Shown here piece by piece: positions 13,835-30,470 of a stretch of 64,000 bases of DNA. The stretch is from assembly GCA_964016885.1 (NCBI GenBank), contig CAXHJY010000658.1, positions 46,254 to 110,253 of the forward strand. Direction: 5' to 3'. This DNA comes from Eledone cirrhosa. Lineage: Eukaryota. Under the pieces are notes generated by a model, which worked only from the letters and a program-made list of their open reading frames with translations, was not told the origin of the DNA and ran no database searches. Positions within the stretch are counted from its first letter, which is position 1, and every line of letters starts with the position of its first letter. The position numbers and the translations under genes were made by a program.

Positions 13835-16800
13835 CATCACTACCTCCACCGTCACCTCCACTAACACCACTACCACCAACGCTACCAACACTACCTCCAC
13901 CGTCACCTCCACTAACACCACTACCACCAACGCTACCACCAACACTACCACCAACACTACCATCACTACCTCCACCGTCACCTCCACTATCAACACTACC
14001 ACCAACACTACCAACACTACCTCCACCGTCACCTCCACTAACACCACTACCACCAACACTACCACCAACACTACCACCAACACTACCACCAACACTACCA
14101 TCACTACCTCCACCGTCACCTCCACTATCAACACTACCACCAACACTACCAACACTACCTCCACCGTCACCTCCACTAACACCACTACCACCAACACTAC
14201 CACCAACACTACCATCACTACCTCCACCGTCACCTCCACTATCAACACTACCACCAACACTACCACCAACACTACCATCACTACCTCCACCGTCACCACT
14301 ATCAACACTACCACCAACAATACCACCAACACTACCACCAACACCCCCATCACTACCTCCACCGTCACCTCCACTAACACCACTATCAACACTACCACCA
14401 ACACTACCACCAACACTACCATCACTACCTCCACCGTCACCTCCACTAACACCACTATCAACACTACCACCAACACTACCACCAACAGTACCATCACTAC
14501 CTCCACCGTCACCTCCACTAACACCACTATCAACACTACCACCAACACTACCACCAACACTACCAACAACACTACCATCACTACCTCCACCGTCACCTCC
14601 ACTAACACCACTATCAACACTACCACCAACACTACCACCAACACTACCATCACTACCTCCACCGTCACTTCCACTAACACCACTATCAACACTACCACCA
14701 ACACTACCACCAACACTACCACCAACACCCCCATCACTACCTCCACCGTCACCTCCACCAACACCACTATCAACACTACCACCAACACTACCACCAACAC
14801 TACCATCACTACCTCCACCGTCACCTCCACTAACACCACTATCAACACTACCACCAACACCCCCATTACTACCTCCACCGTCACCTCCACTAACACCACT
14901 ATCAACACTACCACCAACACTACCACCAACACTACCATCACTACCTCCACCGTCACCTCCACTAACACCACTATCAACACTACCACCAACACTACCACCA
15001 ACACTACCACCAACACCCCCATCACTACCTCCACCGTCACCTCCACCAACACCACTTTCAACACTACCACCAACACCCCCATCACTACCTCCACCGTCAC
15101 CTCCACTAACACCACTACCACCAACACTACCACCAACACTACCACCAACACTACCATCACTACCTCCACCGTCACCTCCACTAACACCACTATCAATACT
15201 ACCACCAACACTACCACCAACACTACCACCAACACTACCACCAACACTACCACCAACACTACCACCACTGTCACCTCCAATAACACCACTATCAACACTA
15301 CCACCAACAGTAAAAACCAACACTACCATCACTACCTCCACCGTCACCTCCACTAACACCACTTTCAACACTACCACCAACACTACCACCAACACTACCA
15401 CCAACACCCCCATCACTACCTCCACCGTCACCTCCACTAACACCACTATCAACACTACCACCAACACTAACACCATCACTACCACCAACACTACCATCAC
15501 TACCTCCACCGTCACCTCCACCAACACCACTTTCAACACTACCACCAACACTACCACCAACACTACCACCAACACCCCCATCACTACCTCCACCGTCACC
15601 TCCACTAACACCACTATCAACACTACCACCAACACTACCACCAACACTACCATCACTACCTCCACCGTCACCTCCACTAACACCACTATCAACACTACCA
15701 CCAACACTACCACCAACACTACCACCAACACCCCCATCACTACCTCCACCGTCACCTCCACTAACACCACTATCAACACTACCACCAACACTACCACCAA
15801 CACTACCATCACTACCACCACCGTCACCTCCACTAACACCACTTTCAACACTACCACCAACACTACCACCAACACTACCACCAACACCCCCATCACTACC
15901 TCCACCGTCACCTCCACTAACACCACTATCAACACTACCACCAACACTAACACCATCACTACCACCAACACTACCATCACTACCTCCACCGTCACCTCCA
16001 CCAACACCACTTTCAACACTACCAACAACACTACCACCAACACTACCACCAACACCCCCATCACTACCTCCACCGTCACCTCCACTAACACCACTATCAA
16101 CACTACCACCAACACTACCACCAACACTACCATCACTACCTCCACCGTCACCTCCACCAACACCACTTTCAACACTACCACCAACACTACCACCAACACT
16201 ACCACCAACACCCCCATCACTACCTCCACCGTCACCTCCACTAACACCACTATCAACACTACCACCAACACTACCACCAACACTACCATCACTACCTCCA
16301 CCGTCACCTCCACCAACACCACTTTCAACACTACCACCAACACTACCACCAACACTACCACCAACACTACCATCACTACCTCCACCGTCACCTCCACTAA
16401 CACCACTATCAACACTACCACCAACACTACCACCAACACTACCATCACTACCTCCACCGTCAACTCCACTAACACCACTATCAACACTACCAGAAACACT
16501 ACCACCAACACTACCACCAACACTACCATCACTACCTCCACCGTCAACTCCACTAACACCACTATCAACACTACCACCAACACTACCACCAACACTACCA
16601 CCAACACTACCATCACTACCTCCACCGTCACCTCCACCAACACCACTTTCAACACTACCACCAACACTACCACCAACACTACCACCAACACCCCCATCAC
16701 TACCTCCACCGTCACCTCCACTAACACCACTATCAACACTACCACCAACACTACCACCAACACTACCATCACTACCTCCACCGTCACCTCCAACAACACC

Positions 16801-19800
16801 ACTTTCAACACTACCACCAACACTACCACCAACACTACCACCAACACTACCACCAACACTACCATCACTACCTTCCACCGTCACCTCCACCAACACCACT
16901 ATCAACACTACCATCAACACTACCACCAACACTACCATCACTACCTCCACCGTCACCTCCACTAACACCACTATCAACACTACCACCAACACTACCACCA
17001 ACACTACCATCACTACCTCCACCGTCACCTACACTAACACCACTACCACCAACACTACCACCAACACCCCCATCACTACCTCCACCGTCACCTCCACTAA
17101 CACCACTATCAACACTACCACCAACACTACCACCAACACTACCATCACTACCTCCACCGTCACCTCCTCTAACACCACTATCAACACTACCACCAACACT
17201 ACCACCAACACTACCATCACTACCTCCACCGTCACCTCCACTAACACCACTACCACCAACACTACCACCAACACTACCACCAACACTACCATCACTACCT
17301 CCACCGTCACCTCCACTATCAACACTACCACCAACACTACCAACACTACCTCCACCGGCACCTCCACTAACACCACTACCACCAACACTACCACCAACAC
17401 TACCATCACTACCTCCACCGTCACCTCCACTATCAACACTACCACCAACACTACCACCAACACTACCATCACTACCTCCACCGTCACCACTATCAACACT
17501 ACCACCAACACTACCACCAACACTACCACCAACACCCCCATCACTACCTCCACCGTCACCTCCACTTACACCACTATCAACACTACCACCAACACTACCA
17601 CCAACACTACCACCAACACTACCATCACTACCTCCACCGTCACCTCCACTAACACCACTATCAACACTACCACCAACACTACCACCAACACTACCACCAA
17701 CTCCCCCATCACTACCTCCACCGTCACCTCCACCAACACCACTATCAACACTACCACCAACACTACCACCAACACTACCATCACTACCTCCACCGTCACC
17801 TCCACTATCAACACTACCACCAACACTACCACCAACACTACCATCACTACCTCCACCATCACCTCCACTATCAACACTACCACCAACCACTGCCTCCACC
17901 GTCACCTCCATTAACATCACTACCACTATCAACACTACCATCACTACCTCCATTAACATCACTACCAACACTATCAATACTACCACCAATACTACCACCA
18001 ACACTACCACTTACACTACCATCAACAGTAACAGCATCACTACCACCAACACTACCACCAACACTACCACCATCACCTCCACTAACATTACTACCACCAC
18101 TACCAATACTACCACCACCACTACCACCAGCACAAGCAACATTACTACCACCGCCGTCACCTCCATTAACATCACTACCACCCCCACTATCAACACTACA
18201 ACCAACACTACCACCAACACTACTACCACCATTACCACCATCACTGTCACCACCACTATCAACACTACCACCAACACAACCAACATCACTACCACCACCA
18301 CTATCAACACTACCACCAACACTACCACCAACACTACCATCACTACCTCCACCGTCACCTCCACCAACACCACTTTCAACACTACCACCAACACTACCAC
18401 CAACACTACCACCAACACTACCATCACTACCTCCACCGTCACCTCCACTAACACCACTATCAACACTACCACCAACACTACCATCACTACCTCCACCGTC
18501 ACCTCCACTAACACCACTATCAACACTACCACCAACACTACCACCAACACTACCACCAACACTACCATCACTACCTCCACCGTCACCTCCACCAACACCA
18601 CTTTCAACACTACCACCAACACTACCACCAACACTACCACCAACACCCCCATCACTACCTCCACCGTCACCTCCACTAACACCACTATCAACACTACCAC
18701 CAACACTACCACCAACACTACCATCACTACCTCCACCGTCACCTCCACCAACACCACTTTCAACACTACCACCAACACTACCACCAACACTACCACCAAC
18801 ACTACCATCACTACCTCCACCGTCACCTCCACCAACACCACTTTCAACACTACCACCAACACTACCACCAACACTACCACCAACACTACCATCACTACCT
18901 TCCACCGTCACCTCCACCAACACCACTATCAACACTACCACCAACACTACCACCAACACTACCATCACTACCTCCACCGTCACCTCCACTAACACCACTA
19001 TCAACACTACCACCAACACTACCACCAACACTACCATCACTACCTCCACCGTCACCTACACTAACACCACTACCACCAACACTACCACCAACACTACCAC
19101 CAACACTACCATCACTACCTCCACCGTCACCTCCACTAACACCACTATCAACACTACCACCAACACCCCCATCACTACCTCCACCGTCACCTCCACTAAC
19201 ACCACTATCAACACTACCACCAACACTACCACCAACACTACCATCACTACCTCCACCGTCACCTCCTCTAACACCACTATCAACACTACCACCAACACTA
19301 CCACCAACACTACCATCACTACCTCCACCGTCACCTCCACTAACACCACTACCACCAACACTACCACCAACACTACCACCAACACTACCATCACTACCTC
19401 CACCGTCACCTCCACTATCAACACTACCACCAACACTACCAACACTACCTCCACCGTCACCTCCACTAACACCACTACCACCAACACTACCACCAACACT
19501 ACCATCACTACCTCCACCGTCACCTCCACCAACACCACTTTCAACACTACCACCAACACTACCACCAACACTACCACCAACACCCCCATCACTACCTCCA
19601 CCGTCACCTCCACTAACACCACTATCAACACTACCACCAACACTACCACCAACACTACCATCACTACCTCCACCGTCACCTCCACTAACACCACTATCAA
19701 CACTACCACCAACACTACCACCAACACTACCACCAACACCCCCATCACTACCTCCACCGTCACCTCCACTAACACCACTATCAACACTACCACCAACACT

Positions 19801-22800
19801 ACCACCAACACTACCATCACTACCTCCACCGTCACCTCCACTAACACCACTTTCAACACTACCACCAACACTACCACCAACACTACCACCAACACCCCCA
19901 TCACTCCCTCCACCGTCACCTCCACTAACACCACTATCAACACTACCACCAACACTAACACCATCACTACCACCAACACTACCATCACTACCTCCACCGT
20001 CACCTCCACTAACACCACTTTCAACACTACCACCAACACTACCACCAACACTACCACCAACACCCCCATCACTACCTCCACCGTCACCTCCACTAACACC
20101 ACTATCAACACTACCACCAACACTACCACCAACACTACCATCACTACCTCCACCGTCACCTCCACCAACACCACTTTCAACACTACCACCAACACTACCA
20201 CCAACACTACCACCAACACCCCCATCACTACCTCCACCGTCACCTCCACTAACACCACTATCAACACTACCACCAACACTACCACCAACACTACCATCAC
20301 TACCTCCACCGTGACCTCCACCAACACCACTTTCAACACTACCACCAACACTACCACCAACACTACCATCACTACCTCCACCGTCACCTCCACTAACACC
20401 ACTATCAACACTACCACCAACACTACCACCAACACTACCATCACTACCTTCACCGTCAACTCCACTAACACCACTATCAACACTACCACCAACACTACCA
20501 CCAACACTACCACCAACACTACCATCACTACCTCCACCGTCAACTCCACTAACACCACTATCAACACTACCACCAACACTACCACCAACACTACCACCAA
20601 CACTACCATCACTACCTCCACCGTCACCTCCACCAACACCACTTTCAACACTACCACCAACACTACCACCAACACTACCACCAACACCCCCATCACTACC
20701 TCCACCGTCACCTCCACTAACACCACTATCAACACTACCACCAACACTACCACCAACACTACCATCACTACCTCCACCGTCACCTCCACCAACACCACTT
20801 TCAACACTACCACCAACACTACCACCAACACTACCACCAACACTACCACCAACACTACCATCACTACCTTCCACCGTCACCTCCACCAACACCACTATCA
20901 ACACTACCATCAACACTACCACCAACACTACCATCACTACCTCCACCGTCACCTCCACTAACACCACTATCAACACTACCACCAACACTACCACCAACAC
21001 TACCATCACTACCTCCACCGTCACCTACACTAACACCACTACCACCAACACTACCACCAACACCCCCATCACTACCTCCACCGTCACCTCCACTAACACC
21101 ACTATCAACACTACCACCAACACTACCACCAACACTACCATCACTACCTCCACCGTCACCTCCTCTAACACCACTATCAACACTACCACCAACACTACCA
21201 CCAACACTACCATCACTACCTCCACCGTCACCTCCACTAACACCACTACCACCAACACTACCACCAACACTACCACCAACACTACCATCACTACCTCCAC
21301 CGTCACCTCCACTATCAACACTACCACCAACACTACCAACACTACCTCCACCGTCACCTCCACTAACACCTCTACCACCAACACTACCACCAACACTACC
21401 ATCACTATCTCCACCGTCACCTCCACTATCAACACTACCACCAACACTACCACCAACACTACCATCACTACCTCCACCGTCACCACTATCAACACTACCA
21501 CCAACACTACCACCAACACTACCACCAACACCCCCATCACTACCTCCACCGTCACCTCCACTTACACCACTATCAACACTACCACCAACACTACCACCAA
21601 CACTACCACCAACACTACCATCACTACCTCCACCGTCACCTCCACTAACACCACTATCAACACTACCACCAACACTACCACCAACACTACCACCAACTCC
21701 CCCATCACTACCTCCACCGTCACCTCCACCAACACCACTATCAACACTACCACCAACACTACCACCAACACTACCATCACTACCTCCACCGTCACCTCCA
21801 CTATCAACACTACCACCAACACTACCACCAACACTACCATCACTACCTCCACCATCACCTCCACTATCAACACTACCACCAACACTGCCTCCACCGTCAC
21901 CTCCATTAACATCACTACCACTATCAACACTACCATCACTACCTCCATTAACATCACTACCAACACTATCAATACTACCACCAATACTACCACCAACACT
22001 ACCACTTGCACTACCATCAACAGTAACAGCATCACTACCACCAACACTACCACCAACACTACCACCATCACCTCCACTAACATTACTACCACCACTACCA
22101 ATACTACCACCACCACTACCACCAGCACAAGCAACATTACTACCACCGCCGTCACCTCCATTAACATCACTACCACCCCCACTATCAACACTACAACCAA
22201 CACTACCACCAACACTACTACCACAATTACCACCATCACTGTCACCACCACTATCAACACTACCACCAACACAACCAACATCACTACCACCACCACTATC
22301 AACACTACCACCAACACTACCACCAACACTACCATCACTACCTCCACCGTCACCTCCACCAACACCACTTTCAACACTACCACCAACACTACCACCAACA
22401 CTACCACCAACACTACCATCACTACCTCCACCGTCACCTCCACTAACACCACTATCAACACTACCACCAACACTACCATCACTACCTCCACCGTCACCTC
22501 CACTAACACCACTATCAACACTACCACCAACACTACCACCAACACTACCACCAACACTACCATCACTACCTCCACCGTCACCTCCACCAACACCACTTTC
22601 AACACTACCACCAACACTACCACCAACACTACCACCAACACCCCCATCACTACCTCCACCATCACCTCCACTAACACCACTATCAACACTACCACCAACA
22701 CTACCACCAACACTACCATCACTACCTCCACCGTCACCTCCACCAACACCACTTTCAACACTACCACCAACACTACCACCAACACTACCACCAACACTAC

Positions 22801-25800
22801 CATCACTACCTCCACCGTCACCTCCACCAACACCACTTTCAACACTACCACCAACACTACCACCAACACTACCACCAACACTACCATCACTACCTTCCAC
22901 CGTCACCTCCACCAACACCACTATCAACACTACCACCAACACTACCACCAACACTACCATCACTACCTCCACCGTCACCTCCACTAACACCACTATCAAC
23001 ACTACCACCAACACTACCACCAACACTACCATCACTACCTCCACCGTCACCTACACTAACACCACTACCACCAACACTACCACCAACACTACCACCAACA
23101 CTACCATCACTACCTCCACCGTCACCTCCACTAACACCACTATCAACACTACCACCAACACCCCCATCACTACCTCCACCGTCACCTCCACTAACACCAC
23201 TATCAACACTACCACCAACACTACCACCAACACTACCATCACTACCTCCACCGTCACCTCCTCTAACACCACTATCAACACTACCACCAACACTACCACC
23301 AACACTACCATCACTACCTCCACCGTCACCTCCACTAACACCACTACCACCAACACTACCACCAACACTACCACCAACACGACCATCACTACCTCCACCG
23401 TCACCTCCACTATCAACACTACCACCAACACTACCAACACTACCTCCACCGTCACCTCCACTAACACCACTACCACCAACACTACCACCAACACTACCAT
23501 CACTACCTCCACCGTCACCTCCACTATCAACACTACCACCAACACTACCATCACTACCTCCACCGTCACCACTATCAACACTACCACCAACACTACCACC
23601 AACACTACCACCAACACCCCCATCACTACCTCCACCGTCACCTCCACTTACACCACTATCAACACTACCACCAACACTACCACCAACACTACCACCAACA
23701 CTACCATCACTACCTCCACCGTCACCTCCACTAACACCACTATCAACACTACCACCAACACTACCACCAACACTACCATCACTACCTCCACCGTCACCTC
23801 CACCAACACCACTATCAACACTACCACCAACACTACCACCAACACTACCATCACTACCTCCACCGTCACCTCCACTAACACCACTACCACCAACACTACC
23901 ACCAACACCCCCATCACTACCTCCACCGTCACCTCCACTAACACCACTATCAACACTACCACCAACAATACCACGAACACTACCACCAACACCCCCATCA
24001 CTACCTCCACCGTCACCTCCACTAACACCACTATCAACACTACCGCCAACACTACCACCAACACCCCCATCACTACCTCCACTGTCACCTCCACCAACAC
24101 CACTTTCAACACTACCACCAACACCCCCATCACTACCTCCACCGTCACCTCCACCAACACCACTTTCAACACTACCACCAACACTACCACCAACACTACC
24201 ACCAACACTACCATCACTACCTCCAGCGTCACCTCCACTAACACCACTATCAACACTACCACCAACACTACCACCAACACTACCACCAACACTACCATCA
24301 CTACCTCCACTGTCACCTCCTCTAACACCACTATCAACACTACCACCAACACTACCATCACTACCTCCACCGTCACTTCCACAAACACCACTTTCAACAC
24401 TACCACCAACACTACCACCAACACTACCACCAACACTACCACCAACACCCCCATCACTACCTCCACCGTCACCTCCACTAACACCACTATCAACACTACC
24501 ACCAACACTACCACCAACACTACCATCACTACCTCCACCGTCACCTCCACCAACACCACTTTCAACACTACCACCAACACTACCACCAACACTACCACCA
24601 ACACTACCATCACTACCTCCACCGTCACCTCCACTAACACCACTATCAACACTACCACCAACACTACCACCAACACTACCATCACTACCTCCACCGTCAC
24701 CTCCACTAACACCACTATCAACACTACCACCAACACTACCACCAACACTACCACCAACACTACCATCACTACCTCCACCGTCACCTCCACTAACACCACT
24801 ATCAACACTACCACCAACACTACTACCAACACTACCCTCACTACCTCCACCGTCACCTCCACTAACACCACTACCACCAACACTACCACCAACACCCCCA
24901 TCACTACCTCCACCGTCACCTCCACTAACACCACTATCAACACTACCACCAACACTACCACCAACACCCCCATCACTACCTCCACCGTCACCTCCACTAA
25001 CACCACTATCAACACTACCACCAACACTACTACCAACACTACCATCACTACCTCCACCGTCACCTCCACTAACACCACTACCACCAACACTACCACCAAC
25101 ACCCCCATCACTACCTCCACCGTCACCTCCACTAACACCACTATCAACACTACCACCAACACCCCCATCACTACCTCCACGGTCACCTCCACTAACACCA
25201 CTATCAACACTACCACCAACACTACTACCAACACTACCATCACTACCTCCACCGTCACCTCCACTAACACCACTACCACCAACACTACCACCAACACCCC
25301 CATCACTACCTCCACCGTCACCTCCACTAACACCACTATCAACACTACCACCAACACTACCACCAACACTACCATCACTACCTCCACCGTCACCTCCACT
25401 AACACCACTATCAACACTACCACCAACACTACCACCAACACTACCATCACTACCTCCACCGTCACCTCCACTATCAACACTACCACCAACACTACCACCA
25501 ACACTACCACCAACACTACCACCAACACTACCATCACTACCTCCACCGTCACCTCCACTAACACCACTATCAACACTACCACCAACACTACCACCAACAC
25601 TACCATCACTACCTCCACCATCACCTCCACTAACACCACTATCAACACTACCACCAACACTGCCTCCACCGTCACCTCCACTAACACCACTATCAACACT
25701 ACCACCAACACTACCATCAACACTACCATCACTACCTCCACCATCACCTCCACTATCAACACTACCACCAACACTGCCTCCACCGTCACCTCCACTAACA

Positions 25801-26760
25801 CCACTATCAACACTACCACCAACACTACCACCAACACTACCACCAACACCCCCATCACTACCTCCACCGTCACCTCCACTAACACCACTATCAACACTAC
25901 CACCAACACTACCACCAACACTACCATCACTACCTCCACCATCACCTCCACTAACACCACTATCAACACTACCACCAACACTACCACCAACACTACCATC
26001 ACTACCTCCACCGTCACCTCCACTATCAACACTACCACCAACACTACCACCAACACTACCATCACTACCTCCACCATCACCTCCACTATCAACACTACCA
26101 CCAACACTGCCTCCACCGTCACCTCCATTAACATCACTACCACTATCAACACTACCATCACTACCTCCATTAACATCACTACCAACACTATCAATACTAC
26201 CACCAATACTACCACCAACACTACCACTTACACTACCATCAACAGTAACAGCATCACTACCACCAACACTACCACCAACACTACCACCATCACCTCCACT
26301 AACATTACTACCACCACTACCAATACTACCACCACCACTACCACCAGCACAAGCAACATTACTACCACCGCCGTCACCTCCATTAACATCACTACCACCC
26401 CCACTATCAACACTACAGCCAACACTACCACCAACACTACTACCACCATTACCACCATCACTGTCACCACCACTATCAACACTACCACCAACACAACCAA
26501 CATCACTACCACCACCACTATCAACACTACCACCACCACCATTACCACGACCACTACCACCACCACTATATACCACTACCACCACCCCCACCACTATATA
26601 CTACCACCGCCAACACCACCACTACCACCACCAACACCACCACTATATACCACTACCACCACCGCTACTACCACCACCACCACCATCACTACCACTACAT
26701 ACCACTACATACCACCACCGCCACTACCACCACCACCACCCCCTCTATCCAACACTACCA
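13835..26760. repeat. 13-kb CA-rich minisatellite (12-bp accaccaacact subunits within ~60-75 bp modules) with higher-order duplication
   Basis: Marker cacaagcaac recurs at ~18131, 22126, 26348; marker ccttccaccg at ~16871, 18898, 20867, 22893. Confidence 0.95.
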
Positions 26761-26798
26761 TTTATATTCATTAGTTATTTATCTCTTTCATCTCATAC

Positions 26799-26857
26799 CG
26801 GGTTTTAGATTCCATATCTCTCATTCTGGTTCTCAAATGTCGACGATCACTTAATAT
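26799..26857 (-). CDS. Candidate host exon ([20 protein letters not shown])
   Basis: tatgcAG..GTATGA bounded, 59 nt, phase 0-2, compatible with 4462-4619. Confidence 0.4.
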
Positions 26858-26908
26858 CTGCATATATTGTATACAGCTATATATATATACAGTATATATA
26901 TATATACA

Positions 26909-27021
<113 letters not shown>

Positions 27022-27049
27022 GTGTGTGTGTGTATGTATGCATGTATGT

Positions 27050-27530
27050 GCCAGGTCGCTCTCGAGTGCTACTGGTAACATGTAACCCAGTACAACCTGT
27101 CTCATGGTCGGGTCGTCGGCGACTAAACCGGCAACCCCATCAAGCTAGCTTGGAGAGGAGGGTAATATTTGGACACCCTGCGGGATGAAATACAAGACCA
27201 GGCAAAGGGCAGAGGAACTCCGCAGAGCCAACGGCCATCCAAATAGTATATTTTTTGTTTGTTTCTTTGTTTGTTTTCACCTGGGAGTGAAAGGCCTTCA
27301 GCTGTTGTCACAACACTTTTCTAGAAAAGGGAAACTCTGAAAAATAACCTGCGGCTTTGGAAGCATCCGATGATGTCAACCAGTTCTCCTTTTCGGGTAG
27401 TCTTTTCTATGCTTAGAGAGTGGGATTGGTCGAGTGCAATTAAAATACCTTCAAATCACAGGCATTGCTTGTTCAGGATATGTTACAGGTTCATGGGCTG
27501 GCCGTAGCCTAAAAGTCACCAAACTTTATA
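27050..27530 (+). mobile_element. Interspersed repeat resembling an RTE-type 5'UTR or non-autonomous derivative
   Basis: Diverged homologous inverted copy at 28520-28906 (tgctactggtaacatgta.cccagtacaacctgtctcatggtcggg..ggcgactaaac). Confidence 0.55.
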
Positions 27531-27574
27531 ATCTGACAAGCGATTGCAATACTCTTAGCAGAGTTTTCAGCCAT

Positions 27575-27635
<61 letters not shown>

Positions 27636-27816
27636 ATATGTGTTTGTATATTTATAATGAAACAACAAAAACAAGATGCAGTAGATAGGATCAACATTAA
27701 AGTGATTAGATTGAGGATCAGGAGAAGTGAAGAGTTATTGGTGACGTTTCGACTTAAGTCTTTCTTCTCTCTGTTATCTTCAAACCGGAGATCTTGTCTA
27801 AATTTTGAATACTTAC

Positions 27817-27851
27817 GTCAGAGTATCTCTCCGTTAAAGGTATCCTAGGAT
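27817..27851 (-). CDS. Candidate host exon (PRIPLTERYSD)
   Basis: Perfect GTAAGT donor ending in phase 0; acceptor uncertain. Confidence 0.25.
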
Positions 27852-28188
27852 CTAGGTGGTAGTCGTGGTTGCCGTGGTGTGAGACGTATTAGGTCCTACA
27901 TCCTCACACCTCACCAGCCCCCTGTGAAGGTGGACGGGTTAGTAGTTAATTATCGGTTCGTGATCGTAAAGTAGTGAGTTCGATTCCCGGCGGTAATGAG
28001 TAAATAAACATATAAAAACACAATCGAACGCACACAGATGCTTGCAAATTCATACACACACATATATATACCACCACACACACATACAAATGCACATGCG
28101 CGCAAACACATACACACATACGTTCACGCAAACACACACATACACATACATATATGCACGCAAACATACACATGCATACACGCGCACG

Positions 28189-28254
<66 letters not shown>

Positions 28255-28519
28255 TACATACATACATACATACATACATACATACATACATACATACATG
28301 GTGGCTGCCAACTCGTTTTCGAGTACGGCCACTACTTTATATCCATGTAGGAGAACCCCTACCGATGCGCTGAATGAGTGTGACTTTTTAGTCCAGCCAG
28401 CGACTTGAAAACTCTGGTACAAACACTACACTTGTGACAATTATTGACACATAGTGATGGGCTCATGGTACCATGTGACGACAAGTGCAGAGAGATCTCC
28501 AGATATAAAGCAATGCCTG

Positions 28520-28906
28520 TGCCGTGAAGCTTTTATAGTGAGCAAAGGCACTGCACAAAGCCAGTCCCACTCTCTTAACCAAGATGATATTTACCAAAAA
28601 GAAGAACAAGTCAACATCATTGGATACCATCAGGGTTGCAGGTGTTATATCAAAATTTTCCTTCTCCTAGAATTCTGCCTTGACAAAGGCTAAGGGGTCA
28701 TCTCTCCCGGTGATTTTGGATGGCCATTGACTCTTAAGAGCTCCTTTGCCCTTTGACAGGTTTTGTTTTTAGTCCTGCAGGATGTCCAAAGTCACCCTCC
28801 TCACCAAGAAACCTTGGTGGGATTGCCAGTTTAGTCGCCAACTACCCGACCATGAGACAGGTTGTACTGGGATACATGTTACCAGTAGCACCAACTGGTG
28901 ACCTGA
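28520..28906 (-). mobile_element. Second copy of the 27050-27530 repeat
   Basis: Reverse-complement similarity along ~350 nt. Confidence 0.55.
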
Positions 28907-28970
28907 CATAAACATACATACATACATACATACATACATACATACATACATACATACACATACGCACAAA

Positions 28971-29745
28971 CTCTTGAGAAAGACCCTTTATTCTACGTCG
29001 TTCCAGTCCACTTAGCTAGAAAGAATGAGATGTTCCCGTGATTCAAAGACCCAGTCTTGTCACTCACTGCTGCTCACTGAATCTCCCTGAGAACTAAGCT
29101 AAAGATACACGTGCCTGTGAATATATTATATGTTATATACAACAATAGATAGGCTGTACCTGTAATTCAAAGGCGCAGTCTTGTCACACACTCTTTCAGA
29201 CTGAATCTCCCTGAGAACTAAGCTAAAGATACACGTGCCTGTGAATATATATGTTATATACAATAATAGATGGGCTGCACCTGTAATTTAAAGGCCCCGT
29301 CTTGTCACACACTCTATCACACTGAATCTCCCCGAGAACCACGTTATGGGTACACTTAACCACTTATACTGTAATACTACATGAACTGTGTCACATACTG
29401 TATTAAGCTGAATCTCCCTGAGAACCATGTTATGTGTACGCTCAACCACTTATACTATAATACAAGATGGTATCAACCTGAAACACTAAGGGCCTGTCTT
29501 GTCACACCTTGCGTTACACTGAATCTCCCTGAGAACTCCCGTAAATGAACACGTGTCTGTGGAATACTCAAACCACTTGTACGTCAATTTTTACGAGCAG
29601 GCAGTCCAGTAGTTCGAACAATTGGAACACACGTCGTGATAACTGACGGAGGCCCCCATATATTGGGTCCCAGCCTTATCTAATGATCACTCAAAAGATA
29701 CAGGTGTCTGTTGAATGCTCAAACCTACTTTGACGCTAAACTCCG
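28971..29745 (+). mobile_element. Degenerate tandem array of the body/tail of a second SINE family
   Basis: Five repeats of gtcttgtcacac..ctgaatctccctgagaac..; further tail copies at 30505-30780. Confidence 0.6.
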
Positions 29746-29789
29746 CCAGTTGCAGACTGGGCATCAACATGAGATATTCTTCTCCACAA

Positions 29790-30470
29790 AGTTCGATCAC
29801 CAGCAGCAGAGTTCAAAGAGAAAAGATCAAGTCCAGTCCATAAGTTGACATTGTCAAGCCTTCATTTTGGCTGCCGGCATCTGCTTCTCTACCAGCCAAC
29901 CTTCCTTCCAGGAATATATAATACCTTTCGATCACCAGCAGCAGAGTTCAAAGATCAAGTCCAGTCCATAAGTTGACATTGTCAAGCCACCATTTTGGCT
30001 GCCGGCCTCTGCTTCTCTTACCAGTCAACCTTCTTTCCAGGAATATATAATTGTTTCTACTTTTGGCACAAGGCCAGCAATTATCCCAGTGTATTACTGG
30101 TACTTTATTTTATCGACCCTGTAAGGATGAAAGGTAAAGTTAACCTCGGCGGCTTCCAGGAATTTATAATACCTTTCGATCACCAGCAGCAGATCAAGTC
30201 CAGATCATAAGTTGACATTATCAAGCCATCATTTTGGCTGCCGGCCTGCTTCTCTTACCAGCCAACATTCCTTCCAGGCATAATTTACTCACACCACGAG
30301 TCGATCTTTTTATATGGCCGTATAGTTTGAGTACTCTTGACTTGACAATTGATGTAATTGGTCTACGTTTGGTAATGTTGAGCAGCTCACTGATACAGAT
30401 ACGGTCGCTGAGCCGCTTGCCAGTCATAAGTCTCATGATGTGGTTCTGGAATGTAGAGAGATTCTGAAGT
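29790..30470 (-). pseudogene. RTE/non-LTR RT C-terminal fragment with tandemly duplicated end
   Basis: ..ITSIVKSRVLKLYGHIKRSTRGVSKLCLEGMLAGKRSR; a ~140-bp segment occurs three times. Confidence 0.7.
30052..30152 (-). mobile_element. 5'-truncated tRNA-derived SINE
   Basis: Same family as 4877; 17-bp TSD ttccaggaat(a/t)tataat. Confidence 0.85.

Noticed and set aside
13776-15356. Mucin-like Thr-rich ORF with a short unique N-terminus
   Set aside because: No signal peptide, frameshifts within the array, and several frames equally open; treated as satellite
27817-27921. Longer exon using the strong actaac..ttcacAG acceptor
   Set aside because: Stop codons in all three frames; could only be a UTR exon
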